DNA of 64,000 nt from an uncultured Candidatus Binatia bacterium. GTDB taxonomy: Bacteria > Desulfobacterota > Binatia > Bin18. Below the pieces are notes generated by a model. The model had not been told where the DNA came from. It was given only the letters and a program-made list of their open reading frames with translations, and did not search any database. Made by a program: the position numbers and the translations under genes. The stretch lies in NCBI GenBank assembly GCA_965218395.1, contig OZ244620.1, forward strand, positions 1,669,268 through 1,733,267, written 5' to 3'. Below are positions 19,612 through 27,944 of the stretch, one piece after another (the stretch's first letter is position 1; each line of letters begins with the position of its first letter).

Positions 19612-21027
19612 TTAGAAATCGACCTGGAAACGCGCCTGGACGATGTCGGCATCGCCGCAGTGGTCGCCCATGTCGCCTTTGTAGTAGCAGTCGTCATCGT
19701 CCAACATGGCCCGCACATAGTTGAGCATGAAGCGCAGGTTGGGGTTGAGATACCAGTTGACGCCGAGGGTGAAGTTGCTCAGCTCGCCGCCGTTCATGTC
19801 CTCGTCGTTCAGGTCCAGCATGGAGTAGCGGCCCGCGAATTCCAGCGCGCCCCAGCCACCCTTGCCGTCGAAGTTGTTCTTGGGCTTGACGCGGTCGAAG
19901 GCGCCGCTGGAGGTCTTGTAGGGCCGGTGCTCACCGGTCAGGAAGAAGCTGCCGAAGATGTAGTAGCCGTTGTACCGGATGTCGTCGCCCGTGGGTCGGT
20001 CAATGAGCGCGCTCATCCACTCGAACTGTAACGAGGCCGGGCCGTAGACCAGCGCTACTTCGGGGTTGAAGTAGTCCACGTCCTCGACGTGAAACTTCGG
20101 GGTTGCCACGAACCGCGGGCCTAAATGGGCCTCAGGCCGCTGCCGCCACCGAATCGTGTTGCCCCGGTCGTGGAAGGCGTGCCGATAGGACAGCCCGAGG
20201 TGCAGGAGCTGCCGGCCCTTTTCCTGATACCAGGGCAGGACGGTCAGCCGGGTCGTGGCGTTGTAGATGCCACTGTTGCCGAAGGTCGTGCTGGTGTCCG
20301 CCGGGTTGCCTTCCCGGAAAAAGCCGAACGCCGCGGTGGCGCGCTTGTCCATAAAGGCCCGGTTCAGGCGCACGCCCAGGTTACGGCCGCTGGAGAACAC
20401 GTTGGGCAGCGAACGCTCCATAAAGGTGATGTATTTATCGCTGGTCAGCTCTTCGAGCGAGAACGGCTCCTTAAAGTGACCAACCGTGAAGTTCCCGGCC
20501 AGCGGGAGCTTCTTCAGTTGAATATAGGCATCCTTGAACGGGTCGGAGCTGGCGAAGTCGTACTGAAACTTGTACTTGATGTTGCCGTAGACGCTGCCTT
20601 CCATGAAAAACCGCGCCCGCCGGAACTCCGTACCGTCGCCGATCCGACCGAACTGCCGGCGCAGTTTTTTGTCCGTGCTGTAGACGGCCCAGTCGTTCAT
20701 GATCCGACCGCCGATTTTGAGCTTGAATTCGCCGTCGGCCGAGTCGAGCCGCAGCCCGTTCTTCCAGTAGGCGGCCAGAAAGTTCTTCTTGCCAACGCTT
20801 TTCTCCAAGCCTTCGACCTTTTGCGTCAGGCCCGAGGCGGCTTCGGCCTGCTCATCCTCGGCTTGGGCTTTAATCATCAGGTCGCGGTATTGCTGCTCGC
20901 TGATCTGCCCATTGGCTTTGAGGATATCCAGGATTTCCGCGGCCACATTCTTGGCCTGGGTAGGTCGTGCCAAAAGCAGCCCGGCCGCAACAAGGCCGGC
21001 GCAGAACGCTATTCCCAATCGTTTCAT
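19612..21027 (-). CDS. oprP: phosphate-selective porin O/P family outer-membrane protein
   Basis: Signal peptide; beta-barrel-like alternating pattern; C-terminal ARFQVDF with terminal Phe; family-typical length and motifs; GGAGGAGG RBS; placement at the head of the pst operon. Confidence 0.7.
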   Translation of the reverse strand: MKRLGIAFCAGLVAAGLLLARPTQAKNVAAEILDILKANGQISEQQYRDLMIKAQAEDEQAEAASGLTQKVEGLEKSVGKKNFLAAYWKNGLRLDSADGEFKLKIGGRIMNDWAVYSTDKKLRRQFGRIGDGTEFRRARFFMEGSVYGNIKYKFQYDFASSDPFKDAYIQLKKLPLAGNFTVGHFKEPFSLEELTSDKYITFMERSLPNVFSSGRNLGVRLNRAFMDKRATAAFGFFREGNPADTSTTFGNSGIYNATTRLTVLPWYQEKGRQLLHLGLSYRHAFHDRGNTIRWRQRPEAHLGPRFVATPKFHVEDVDYFNPEVALVYGPASLQFEWMSALIDRPTGDDIRYNGYYIFGSFFLTGEHRPYKTSSGAFDRVKPKNNFDGKGGWGALEFAGRYSMLDLNDEDMNGGELSNFTLGVNWYLNPNLRFMLNYVRAMLDDDDCYYKGDMGDHCGDADIVQARFQVDF

Positions 21028-21137
21028 GGAGTGTGTCTCCTCCTCCAGTAATGAACTCTTGCTCTGACTTTCCTCCAGTATTCAGGTTGACGCATGTAAG
21101 CCGTTTCCGCAGATCACCCCCTCTCGTGCGGGCCAGA

Positions 21138-21178
21138 GGTGAACAGGGTAAGTGCGCGCTGTTACAAGAGAGTGACAG
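21138..21178 (-). promoter_or_regulatory. candidate Pho box (CTGTCAC-tctc-TTGTAAC ... CCTGTTCAC direct repeats) upstream of oprP
   Basis: Loose match to the CTGTCAT-N4-CTGTCAT PhoB-box periodicity, ~110-150 nt upstream of the oprP ATG. Not tested. Confidence 0.3.
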
Positions 21179-21292
21179 GGCCGTTATGAATGTGTGAAAA
21201 TTCAGGAGCGGAACATATTGAATATAAATAAGAATATCGGTCGGAAGAGCGGTCCGAAGGGGAGGAATCTGGTCACCCGAACGCCGAGGCTG

Positions 21293-21496
21293 GAGCGTTT
21301 CACGATAAGTTGTAGCCGTGCCGGTCCGCGCTCGTCGGGAAAGACAAGGGCTGGCCCCAAGCGGCCAGGGAGGGGATGGGGGGGCTCCCCGCCTGGGAGG
21401 GCTCCCCGCCTGGGAGGGCGGCCATCCTGGCCGCCATGCGGGCTGGAAGCCCGCACTCCTCAAGGAGGAGAGAGACGCGCTACACAGCATCGTGAT
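21293..21496. repeat. ~200-bp inverted repeat, right copy (IR-R); carries an extra 19-bp tandem unit (CTCCCCGCCTGGGAGGG)
   Basis: Reverse complement aligns with 19415-19605. Confidence 0.75.
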
Positions 21497-22054
21497 TGGC
21501 GCGAGAGCAAATTACGGTTCTGTGTAGCCGCCCGTCATTCCTGCGGAAGCAGGAATCCAGCCCCCGCCCCCTCCGCCCGCTGGATGCCGGATCAAGTCCG
21601 GCATGACGAGAGCGCGCCAGGAAGCTGGTGCATGGGATGCACCCTACGGTTCTGGAGCGCCGGGCACCACATGAGCGCAGTGTTCAGCCTTGTAGGTCGG
21701 GTTAGCCACAGGCGTAACCCGACATCCCGGACTTGTCGGATTACGCTCCGCTAATCCGACCTACTGACTCCCAGAGGGAGAGGGATTCTTTTCTTTCCCT
21801 CTCCCCTGGAGGGAGAGGGTGGCCGAAGGCCGGGTGAGGGGGCAACGGACCCTCGTAGGGGGCTAATGACACAATATGCATCACACGTCCAAGGAGGGGA
21901 GTTTTTCCTATCCCCTCCTTGGAGGCCCGTCCCGAGCCTGTCGAAGGGGGTGGCCCTGAGCTTGTCGAAGCCTGACCTGAGCCTAGTCGAAGGAGGCCGG
22001 GGTGGGGTTCCTGTCGCATCACACGTCTTGGAGGGGGCGACGCACACGTCGCCC
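21497..22054. repeat. non-coding block packed with hairpins/palindromes (e.g. CAAGGAGGGGA...TCCCCTCCTTG; three TGTCGAAG units; GGAGGGGGCGACG...CGTCGCCCCTACTCC); shares inverted segments with 10132-10339
   Basis: Read from the sequence; no credible ORF. Confidence 0.5.
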
Positions 22055-23095
22055 CTACTCCGCGTCCGTAATCACAAAATTCTGCCAGCTCTGTTGCCAC
22101 ACCAGCGTCACCGTCTCGCCTGCCATCGGGAAGTCTGCCACCACACATTCCCCCTCGGCCCCCCGCAGAAACTCTTCCTCCGCCCCTTCCCCCACCGTCG
22201 TCACCCGCACCACCGCCCGGCCTAACTCTACGTCATCCACGTAGGCCACCACCGTATGCTCCCCCGCGCCCAGCCGGTTCCAGTTAAAGAGCAGTCCAAA
22301 GCCGTTGTCCGTATCCCCACACAGCGGCGTCCCGTCCGGCTGCACCGCCGTGTCCAGCCGCGCCGTCCCATACCCGGCCTCGTACCGCTCCGTCTCACCC
22401 CTCTCTGTCTCTATCTCAATCTCTACCTTATCCGCCTCACACACCCAGCCTGAAATCACCCCGATGCCGCTCTGAAAGGAATTGTGCCCTGGGTTCTCCA
22501 GATAGCCGGGGCTAAAGGTGACGACTATTTCATAGTCCCCGGTCGCCCCACCCTGGCCCGCCACGGCCACCACCACATCACCGGCGTCCACGAGCGCCCC
22601 AAGTCGGGCGTCCGGCTGCTGGCCTGTGGGACCGGTCGCTAAGACCGCCTCGTTCTGCCACAGCGTGCCCTGGAATTGCCCTCCACCGGTCGTGTCCACA
22701 AAGACGAGGCCCCGCCCTGGAGCAGTGAGCGTAAAATAGTCCACGTCGGCAGCCGGACAGATGGCCCCGACCGTCTCGGTGGCCAAGGCAATGCCGGTAG
22801 CCTGCGCAGCGGTGTTGCCATGCAGGTCCGCCGCGCAGGCGGGACCGCCACCACCGCCACTGGGTGGGCCGCCGCCACTGGGTGGGCCGCCGCCACTGGG
22901 CGAGGCCGCCCGGGTGATGGTCAAGGTGTAGGTTTGCTCGTCGTCTCCGACCGTCACGGTCAGGCTGAGCGTATTGGGCCCGACCGCCAGGTCCATCTGA
23001 TGCCCATCGGTGCCGGTGTCCGCATCATCGGCCGGGTCAAAGGCCACCTCGGCGTTGGCGGACATCGGGGTCGCGGTCACGGTGATCTGATCCAC
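22055..23095 (-). CDS. C-terminal part of the adhesin-like surface protein: cadherin-like beta-sandwich domain (ITVTATPMSANAEVAFDP...NTLSLTVTVGDDEQTYTLTITR), GGGPPSGGGPPSGGGGGP linker, unknown C-terminal domain
   Basis: Track ORF. The domain actually begins upstream of the annotated M, in the +1 frame across the stop of the preceding ORF (LRTLELSD*/FTLAPDTDTYELTVPH), so the two ORFs probably form one gene. Confidence 0.6.
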   Translation of the reverse strand: MDQITVTATPMSANAEVAFDPADDADTGTDGHQMDLAVGPNTLSLTVTVGDDEQTYTLTITRAASPSGGGPPSGGGPPSGGGGGPACAADLHGNTAAQATGIALATETVGAICPAADVDYFTLTAPGRGLVFVDTTGGGQFQGTLWQNEAVLATGPTGQQPDARLGALVDAGDVVVAVAGQGGATGDYEIVVTFSPGYLENPGHNSFQSGIGVISGWVCEADKVEIEIETERGETERYEAGYGTARLDTAVQPDGTPLCGDTDNGFGLLFNWNRLGAGEHTVVAYVDDVELGRAVVRVTTVGEGAEEEFLRGAEGECVVADFPMAGETVTLVWQQSWQNFVITDAE

Positions 23096-23147
23096 CGCGT
23101 GAGGGACGGTCAGCTCATAGGTGTCGGTGTCGGGAGCGAGGGTGAAG

Positions 23148-25139
23148 TCAATCGCTCAGTTCCAGGGTGCGGAGTCTCGTATCTGCGGTCTTACCCTTAC
23201 CACACGTCACCCCGGCCCGCTCGTGTGCCCCGCAATTATGCTCCCCTATATCGGCATGAGGGCACTCCAGCAGGGTGGCTTCGTTCCCCTCGCAGTTCAC
23301 GTCGTCCAGCCAGTACCAACTGTCCTCTGAATCATCGGGCCCAAACGACAGCTTTATGAGCGCCGCGACGGTCTCCCGCTCCACCTCCGTATATCCCAAC
23401 TCGCGACACACAACTCTGGCACCCCTGTAGGTCCAGGAGTCATCACAGACACTCCGCCATTCATCATTATAAGCAATCTCGACGATGCCGGTCACCTCCG
23501 TCATGCCATCAGGCATGAGTGCCTCCCCCGTCTCTCGGTCCACAAGCCGCACCGTGCCATCATTGGCGTCCGCCGGGTCCACGTCGTCCGGCGGGTCCGG
23601 GGGGGGCGGCGTGATGATCTCCGCATTCGTGCTGACCGCGTCCGAGGCGTCCGACCAGTCGCTGTCCGTCTCGCCGTTCTTGGCCCGCACCTGCACCTGG
23701 TAGGACGTGTCCGCCGTCAGCCCGGTGATGGTCGTCGCGACCGCCTCGCCGGTGTGTGCGAAGGCGGTCCACGAGGAGTCCGTGCTCACCTTGTACTGCA
23801 CGTCGTAGCCGGTGATCTCCGGGCCGCCGTTCAGGTCCGGCTCCGTCCAGGTCGCGGTCAGGGTCGTCGACGAGCCCATGACCGCCGCCAGCGTCGGCTT
23901 GGCCGGCTTGGCCGATTTCTCGGTGTCGTCCGTGACGTCGATCGTCACCGCGATCGTGGCGCTGGCCGTGCCGTCCGACGCCTTCACCGTCACCGAGTAG
24001 GAATTCTTCGTCGCCTCATAGTTGTAGTCCACGCCCGTGATCGTCGTGATCTGCCGGGTCGAGGCGTCGAAGGCGAACGAGGCCGCGTCCGTCCCCTCCA
24101 TGGAGTAGGTCAGCGTGTCGCCGCTGTCGGCGTCCGTGGCTTCGGGAATGACCGCGCCGACGTTCGTGCCCGCCGGGCTGTTCTCCTCCACCTCGCGCGT
24201 CGCCGTCGCGGGGTCGAACACCGGGGCGTTGTTGCCCGTCCGCGAGCCGTCCACCTTGTGGCCGGACTGCACGCCGAGCGCGGCATGCGTGAGCCCCGCC
24301 GGCTCGCTGGTGGCCACGATCGTGATCGTGCCGGTCTGGTGACTGCCCACCAGGGTCTGGCCCTGGTGCCCGATCCAGATGCCGTCGTTATCCTCGTCGC
24401 TCGACACCACGGTGTAGCCGAACACCAGCGCGGCGGAGCCCGCGCCCGACTCGTACGCCGCATCGACCTGCCGCCCTACGCCCAGGTTGCCGAGCGAGAA
24501 CCTGAAAGCCGGGCTCGTGCCAATGTTCACCCCCGAGCTGAACGTCACCGTGAAGCGGATCGTCTCGCCCGCCCCGTAGGTGTCGGTCTCCAGCCCCGGC
24601 GTCGAGCTCACCGCCACCGAGACGATCGAACGCGAGCCGTCCACCTTGTGGTCGGCGTCCGTGCCGAGCCCGGCATGGGTGAGGTCCACCGCCGTGCTCG
24701 GCGTGGCCACGCTCGTGATCGCGCCCTCCTGGGTAAGACCCATGCGGTCACCCACCAGGGTCCGGTCCTGGTCCCCGATCCAGATGCCGTTGTCGTCCTC
24801 GTCGCTCGCCCCCACGGTGTAGGAGAACACCAGCCTCGTCGTCCCCGAGCCGAACAGCAGCGGCGCGCGCGTGTCGTCGCCGCCCACGGACAGCACGAAG
24901 GTCGTGGCGTCCGTGGCGTTCACCGCCGCGCTGAAGGTCACCGTGACCTCGATCCTCTCGCCCGCCCCGTAGGTGTCGGTCTCCAGCACCGGGTTCGACG
25001 TGATCGCCACAGTGGTGACCGTCTGCGCCTGGGCCGTGGCGGGCAGGGCGAGGGCGGCGAGCACCGCGAGCCAAGCCGCGACGCGCTGCCCTCTCCGGCC
25101 AAGCGCGTCCAACACCCCGGCCCCCAGCACGCCCCTCAT
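23148..25139 (-). CDS. N-terminal part of the adhesin-like protein: signal peptide, two ~105-aa Ig-like repeats, a cadherin repeat (NAPVF...DADSGDTLTYS...DYNYE), an FN3 domain, and a C-terminal SRCR (scavenger receptor cysteine-rich) domain
   Basis: ORF 23148..25343; start at MRGVLGAGV...AWLAVLAALALPATAQA. SRCR signature VRLVD...GIVEIAYNDEWRSVCDDSWTYRGARVVCRELGY...SWYWLDDVNCEGNEATLLECPHADIGEHNCGAHERAGVTC at ~23200-23580. Confidence 0.65.
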   Translation of the reverse strand: MRGVLGAGVLDALGRRGQRVAAWLAVLAALALPATAQAQTVTTVAITSNPVLETDTYGAGERIEVTVTFSAAVNATDATTFVLSVGGDDTRAPLLFGSGTTRLVFSYTVGASDEDDNGIWIGDQDRTLVGDRMGLTQEGAITSVATPSTAVDLTHAGLGTDADHKVDGSRSIVSVAVSSTPGLETDTYGAGETIRFTVTFSSGVNIGTSPAFRFSLGNLGVGRQVDAAYESGAGSAALVFGYTVVSSDEDNDGIWIGHQGQTLVGSHQTGTITIVATSEPAGLTHAALGVQSGHKVDGSRTGNNAPVFDPATATREVEENSPAGTNVGAVIPEATDADSGDTLTYSMEGTDAASFAFDASTRQITTITGVDYNYEATKNSYSVTVKASDGTASATIAVTIDVTDDTEKSAKPAKPTLAAVMGSSTTLTATWTEPDLNGGPEITGYDVQYKVSTDSSWTAFAHTGEAVATTITGLTADTSYQVQVRAKNGETDSDWSDASDAVSTNAEIITPPPPDPPDDVDPADANDGTVRLVDRETGEALMPDGMTEVTGIVEIAYNDEWRSVCDDSWTYRGARVVCRELGYTEVERETVAALIKLSFGPDDSEDSWYWLDDVNCEGNEATLLECPHADIGEHNCGAHERAGVTCGKGKTADTRLRTLELSD

Positions 25140-25359
25140 CGAACCGCCCCCCGCACGGGCACGAGCCGACGGGCGGAACCGGGGGGCGAAACCGGGTCGC
25201 AGCGGCCTCGGACGGGGCTGACTGTACGGGGGAACTGTGCTATGCGGAGAGGTTCGTTCGGGGAGCAGCAGGGATGTCATAACGGCATACCCGTCCTTTC
25301 CGTGTGATGCACGACCGCCTTGTAAAAGGTTCCCGTACAACATCTCGCCGCGTTTGACC

Positions 25360-25722
25360 CTAGGGCGTGTTCACACTTCTGAGGGCTTCGATGATGAGCG
25401 CGAAGTGGATGAAGAAGGCGAACACCACATCCAATTTGTCGAACCGGGAAAAGATACGGCGGAAGCCCTTGAGGCGGCGAAAGAGCCGTTCTACTTCATT
25501 GCGTTTCTTATATTTCTCGCGGTCGTACGGCCACGGCGCGGTACGATTGCTCTTGGGAGGCACGACCGGCGTGGCCCCTAAATCACGCACACACTGACGT
25601 GTCTCCTCCCCCTCATAGGCACGATCCATCACGACGTAGTCGGCCCACAGGGCCGTTTCACTCAGCAATTTCCGTCCCTCAGGCGCAGCGCCAGCTTGGC
25701 CCGGCGACAGCGAAAACCTCAC
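25360..25722 (-). CDS. IS5-family transposase OrfB (DDE C-terminal part)
   Basis: VMDRAYEGEETRQCVRDLGATPVVPPKSNR...YKKRNEVERLFRRLKGFRRIFSRFDKLD. Confidence 0.8.
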   Translation of the reverse strand: MRFSLSPGQAGAAPEGRKLLSETALWADYVVMDRAYEGEETRQCVRDLGATPVVPPKSNRTAPWPYDREKYKKRNEVERLFRRLKGFRRIFSRFDKLDVVFAFFIHFALIIEALRSVNTP

Positions 25723-26126
25723 GGCGGTGCAAGCATCCGCGGCAACCAGATGAATCTTGGTCGTCCAGCCGCCGCGAGACTTCCCGAGGGCTTGCGGCCC
25801 GTTTTTTTTCGCGCCCCCGTCCCGTCCGGATGAACTTTGATCACCGTACTATCCAGCGAGACCACTTCGACCCGCACGCGGATGATCTGCTGCTGCTGTA
25901 ACGCGGCAAAGACCCGGTCCAGGACCCCGTTCTTCGCCCAACGATTCAGGCGCGTATAGAGCGTATGCCAATTCCCAAAGTGCTCCGGTAAGCCCCGCCA
26001 CTTACACCCCTGCTCCACAATGTACAGAAGCGCGGCCAGCACTGGCCGATTGTCTCCCTTCACATTCCCGCGCTGCCGCGGAAGCAGATCCTTGAGGTGC
26101 TCGTACTGCTGTTGGGTAAGCTCCAT
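25719..26126 (-). CDS. IS5-family transposase OrfA (N-terminal helix-turn-helix part); -1 ribosomal frameshift site A8 at ~25802-25809 joins it to OrfB
   Basis: MELTQQQYEHLKDLLP...LYIVEQGCKWRGLPEHFGNWHTLYTRLNRWAKNGVLDRVFAAL. Shifting -1 at the A-run continues into KSRGGWTTKIHLVAADA, matching family consensus. Confidence 0.8.
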   Translation of the reverse strand: MELTQQQYEHLKDLLPRQRGNVKGDNRPVLAALLYIVEQGCKWRGLPEHFGNWHTLYTRLNRWAKNGVLDRVFAALQQQQIIRVRVEVVSLDSTVIKVHPDGTGARKKTGRKPSGSLAAAGRPRFIWLPRMLAPP

Positions 26127-26231
26127 TGAGAAAGTATAACAAATATAGTGTGAACACGCCCTAGTCACAGTCAAGGGAGGTCCCATGAACAAAGCGCCTC
26201 CAACTCAAGCAGAAAAACGGCCAATCGATAG

Positions 26232-26338
26232 CAGTCTCAGTCCTTGAGCTCTCCGACTCGACCGTCACGCTGGATGCCAACCACCCTCTGGCGGGCAAGG
26301 ACCTGACGTTTGACCTTCAACTCGTCGAGATCACCTGA
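26232..26338 (+). pseudogene. remnant of an FKBP-type peptidyl-prolyl isomerase C-terminus (AVSVLELSDSTVTLDANHPLAGKDLTFDLQLVEIT*)
   Basis: The LDANHPLAGK...LTFD...VEI motif matches the SlyD/FkpA C-termini; no N-terminal part is present; directly abuts the IS. Confidence 0.4.
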
Positions 26339-26489
26339 CCCCCCTCCGGACGTATTCCGCCGCCCAGTCCGAGTCGGCCTGCGGATGGATTATTCAAACG
26401 GAAATACGACCCGGCAGCGATGACCGGCCGGGAGCGTCCCGCCTTGATTGGGCAGCGTCAGACGCACCCCGAACGAACCACTGGCCGAG

Positions 26490-26810
26490 TCACGCCTGTC
26501 TCAAGCGACTGCCGACAAATATGGGCTCTGGCACGAGCCGTGATGCCAAGGGGTCCGCGACCGAGCGGGGGCTGCCTTCAGGCCACCTCCCCTCGCGCGC
26601 ACAGGATAGGTGGCGGGTGTTTTCCGGTCTCAACTCGATTGTGTCGTCTCCAATGTAGAGACGCTTCACGGTTGCCTCCTCGCCCAGCAGCGCTACGACG
26701 ATGTCCCCGCTCTCCGCCAGCTGCCGCCGCCGAACCACGACGAGGTCCCGGTCGTGGATGCCGCACGAAGACGGAACGGTCGCCAGGAGCCGTTGGAGTC
26801 CGCTCGACAT
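26490..26810 (-). pseudogene. degenerate peptidase-S24 (LexA/UmuD C-terminal domain)-like fragment
   Basis: GIHDRDLVVVRRRQLAESGDIVVALLGEEATVKRLYIGDDTIELRPEN fits the S24 fold (Lys in TVKRL), but the GDSM Ser motif is absent and there is no DNA-binding domain. Confidence 0.35.
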
Positions 26811-27188
26811 CGTACGGGGGCGATGCCGCCGGCACCCACAACGGGCTCCGCTCTCACGGCCACGGCCGCTGTCTGGTGATCGGCCGGACCCCTGTGGTCC
26901 GACCTGCTCGCTGACCGCGCGGGCCCTGGCGCTGCCGGTCACGCCCTACGACCCGGAGGTCAATTACCGCCGGGTGCGCGGCAAGTGGTGGGGCATGGGG
27001 ATAGAATGAGGAGCCCTCACAGGGGAGATGATGGGCCATGCCCACGCCAGAAAGGGGCCGGGGAGCGACTGGGAGGAAAGAGAACTGGCTTATGAAGGTT
27101 CATGAAGGTATGACATATAGTCAATAATCCTTTCTTTATTGATTATGGTAAGGCAAACCAATATATTGAAAGGTATTAGGAGCACAGT

Positions 27189-27422
27189 ATGATTGAATCC
27201 TCCGTCACGAAGAAGGGGCAAACGACACTGCCCAAGCCCGTTCGGGAGTCACTTGGCCTGCAAGCCGGGGACCGGGTGCGCTACGTCATTTCCGACGGCG
27301 AGGTGCGCATTTTGCCCGTGCGTCCCATCAGTCGGCTGTTCGGCGCGCTCCAGCATAACGGTCCCGCCGTCACGTTGGAGAAAATGGAGCAGGCCGTAGC
27401 CGACGGGGCATGCGAGGGATGA
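27189..27422 (+). CDS. vapB: AbrB/SpoVT-MazE-type antitoxin (VapB-like)
   Basis: MIESSVTKKGQTTLPKPVRESLGLQAGDRVRYVISDGEVRILP swapped-hairpin motif; AGGAG RBS; overlaps the downstream PIN gene by 13 nt. Confidence 0.75.
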   Translation: MIESSVTKKGQTTLPKPVRESLGLQAGDRVRYVISDGEVRILPVRPISRLFGALQHNGPAVTLEKMEQAVADGACEG

Positions 27423-27811
27423 TCGCACTCGACACCAACGTCCTCGTGCGCTATCTGGTCCGCGACGATGTGCAGCAGGCAGACGCCGCCCGCGCACTCC
27501 TGGAGTCGCTTACGGCCGAACGTCCCGGCTACGTATGCCGTGAGGTGACGGTCGAACTCGCCTGGGTGCTGGAACGGGCCTATGGCTTTTCCCGTGACCG
27601 GATTGCGACGATATTGGAAGAACTCGTGGCAACCGAGGGGCTCGTGGTTGAGGAGGCCAACGATGTAGCCCGTGCGGCGTTCCGGTATCGAGCGGGTGGC
27701 GCTGGATTTTCCGACCTGATGATCCTGGCGGCGGCCGAACGGTCCGGAGCCCAGCCGCTGTACACCTTCGATCAGAAGGCCGCACGGCTTGAGGGTGTGT
27801 CGCTGCTGTAG
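27410..27811 (+). CDS. vapC: PIN-domain toxin VapC
   Basis: MIALDTNVLVRYLVRDD ... conserved acidic residues of the PIN fold; partnered with vapB. Confidence 0.8.
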   Translation: MRGMIALDTNVLVRYLVRDDVQQADAARALLESLTAERPGYVCREVTVELAWVLERAYGFSRDRIATILEELVATEGLVVEEANDVARAAFRYRAGGAGFSDLMILAAAERSGAQPLYTFDQKAARLEGVSLL

Positions 27812-27944
27812 CGTCCAGGCTAGACCGGTTCTCGATAGTCTCTCGCCGTGCAGGGGGCTCCTGTCATGCCGGACGTGATCCGGCATCCAGAGGGCGGAGG
27901 GGTCGGGAGCCTGCTGCTCGCGAGAGCGAGTCCGAGCCCAATCA

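Larger units (their letters stand above)
25360..26165. mobile_element. IS5-family insertion sequence (IS427-like), ~806 bp, terminal IRs GGCGTGTTCACACT, flanked by CTAG on both sides (TSD or part of the IR)
   Basis: Perfect IRs at 25360-25377 and 26148-26165; two overlapping transposase ORFs inside. Confidence 0.85.

Noticed and set aside
19421-21490. ORFs 19421..19615, 21202..21456, 20870..21490 and 21194..21754 encoding Pro/Arg-rich peptides
   Set aside because: They are translations of the 190-bp inverted repeat and adjacent palindromic block (the same peptide appears from both copies), so they are repeat artefacts rather than genes.
25237-25581. ORF 25237..25581 (+) overlapping the IS left end and the adhesin upstream region
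   Set aside because: It spans the IS terminus and the transposase stop on the opposite strand and has no coherent product.
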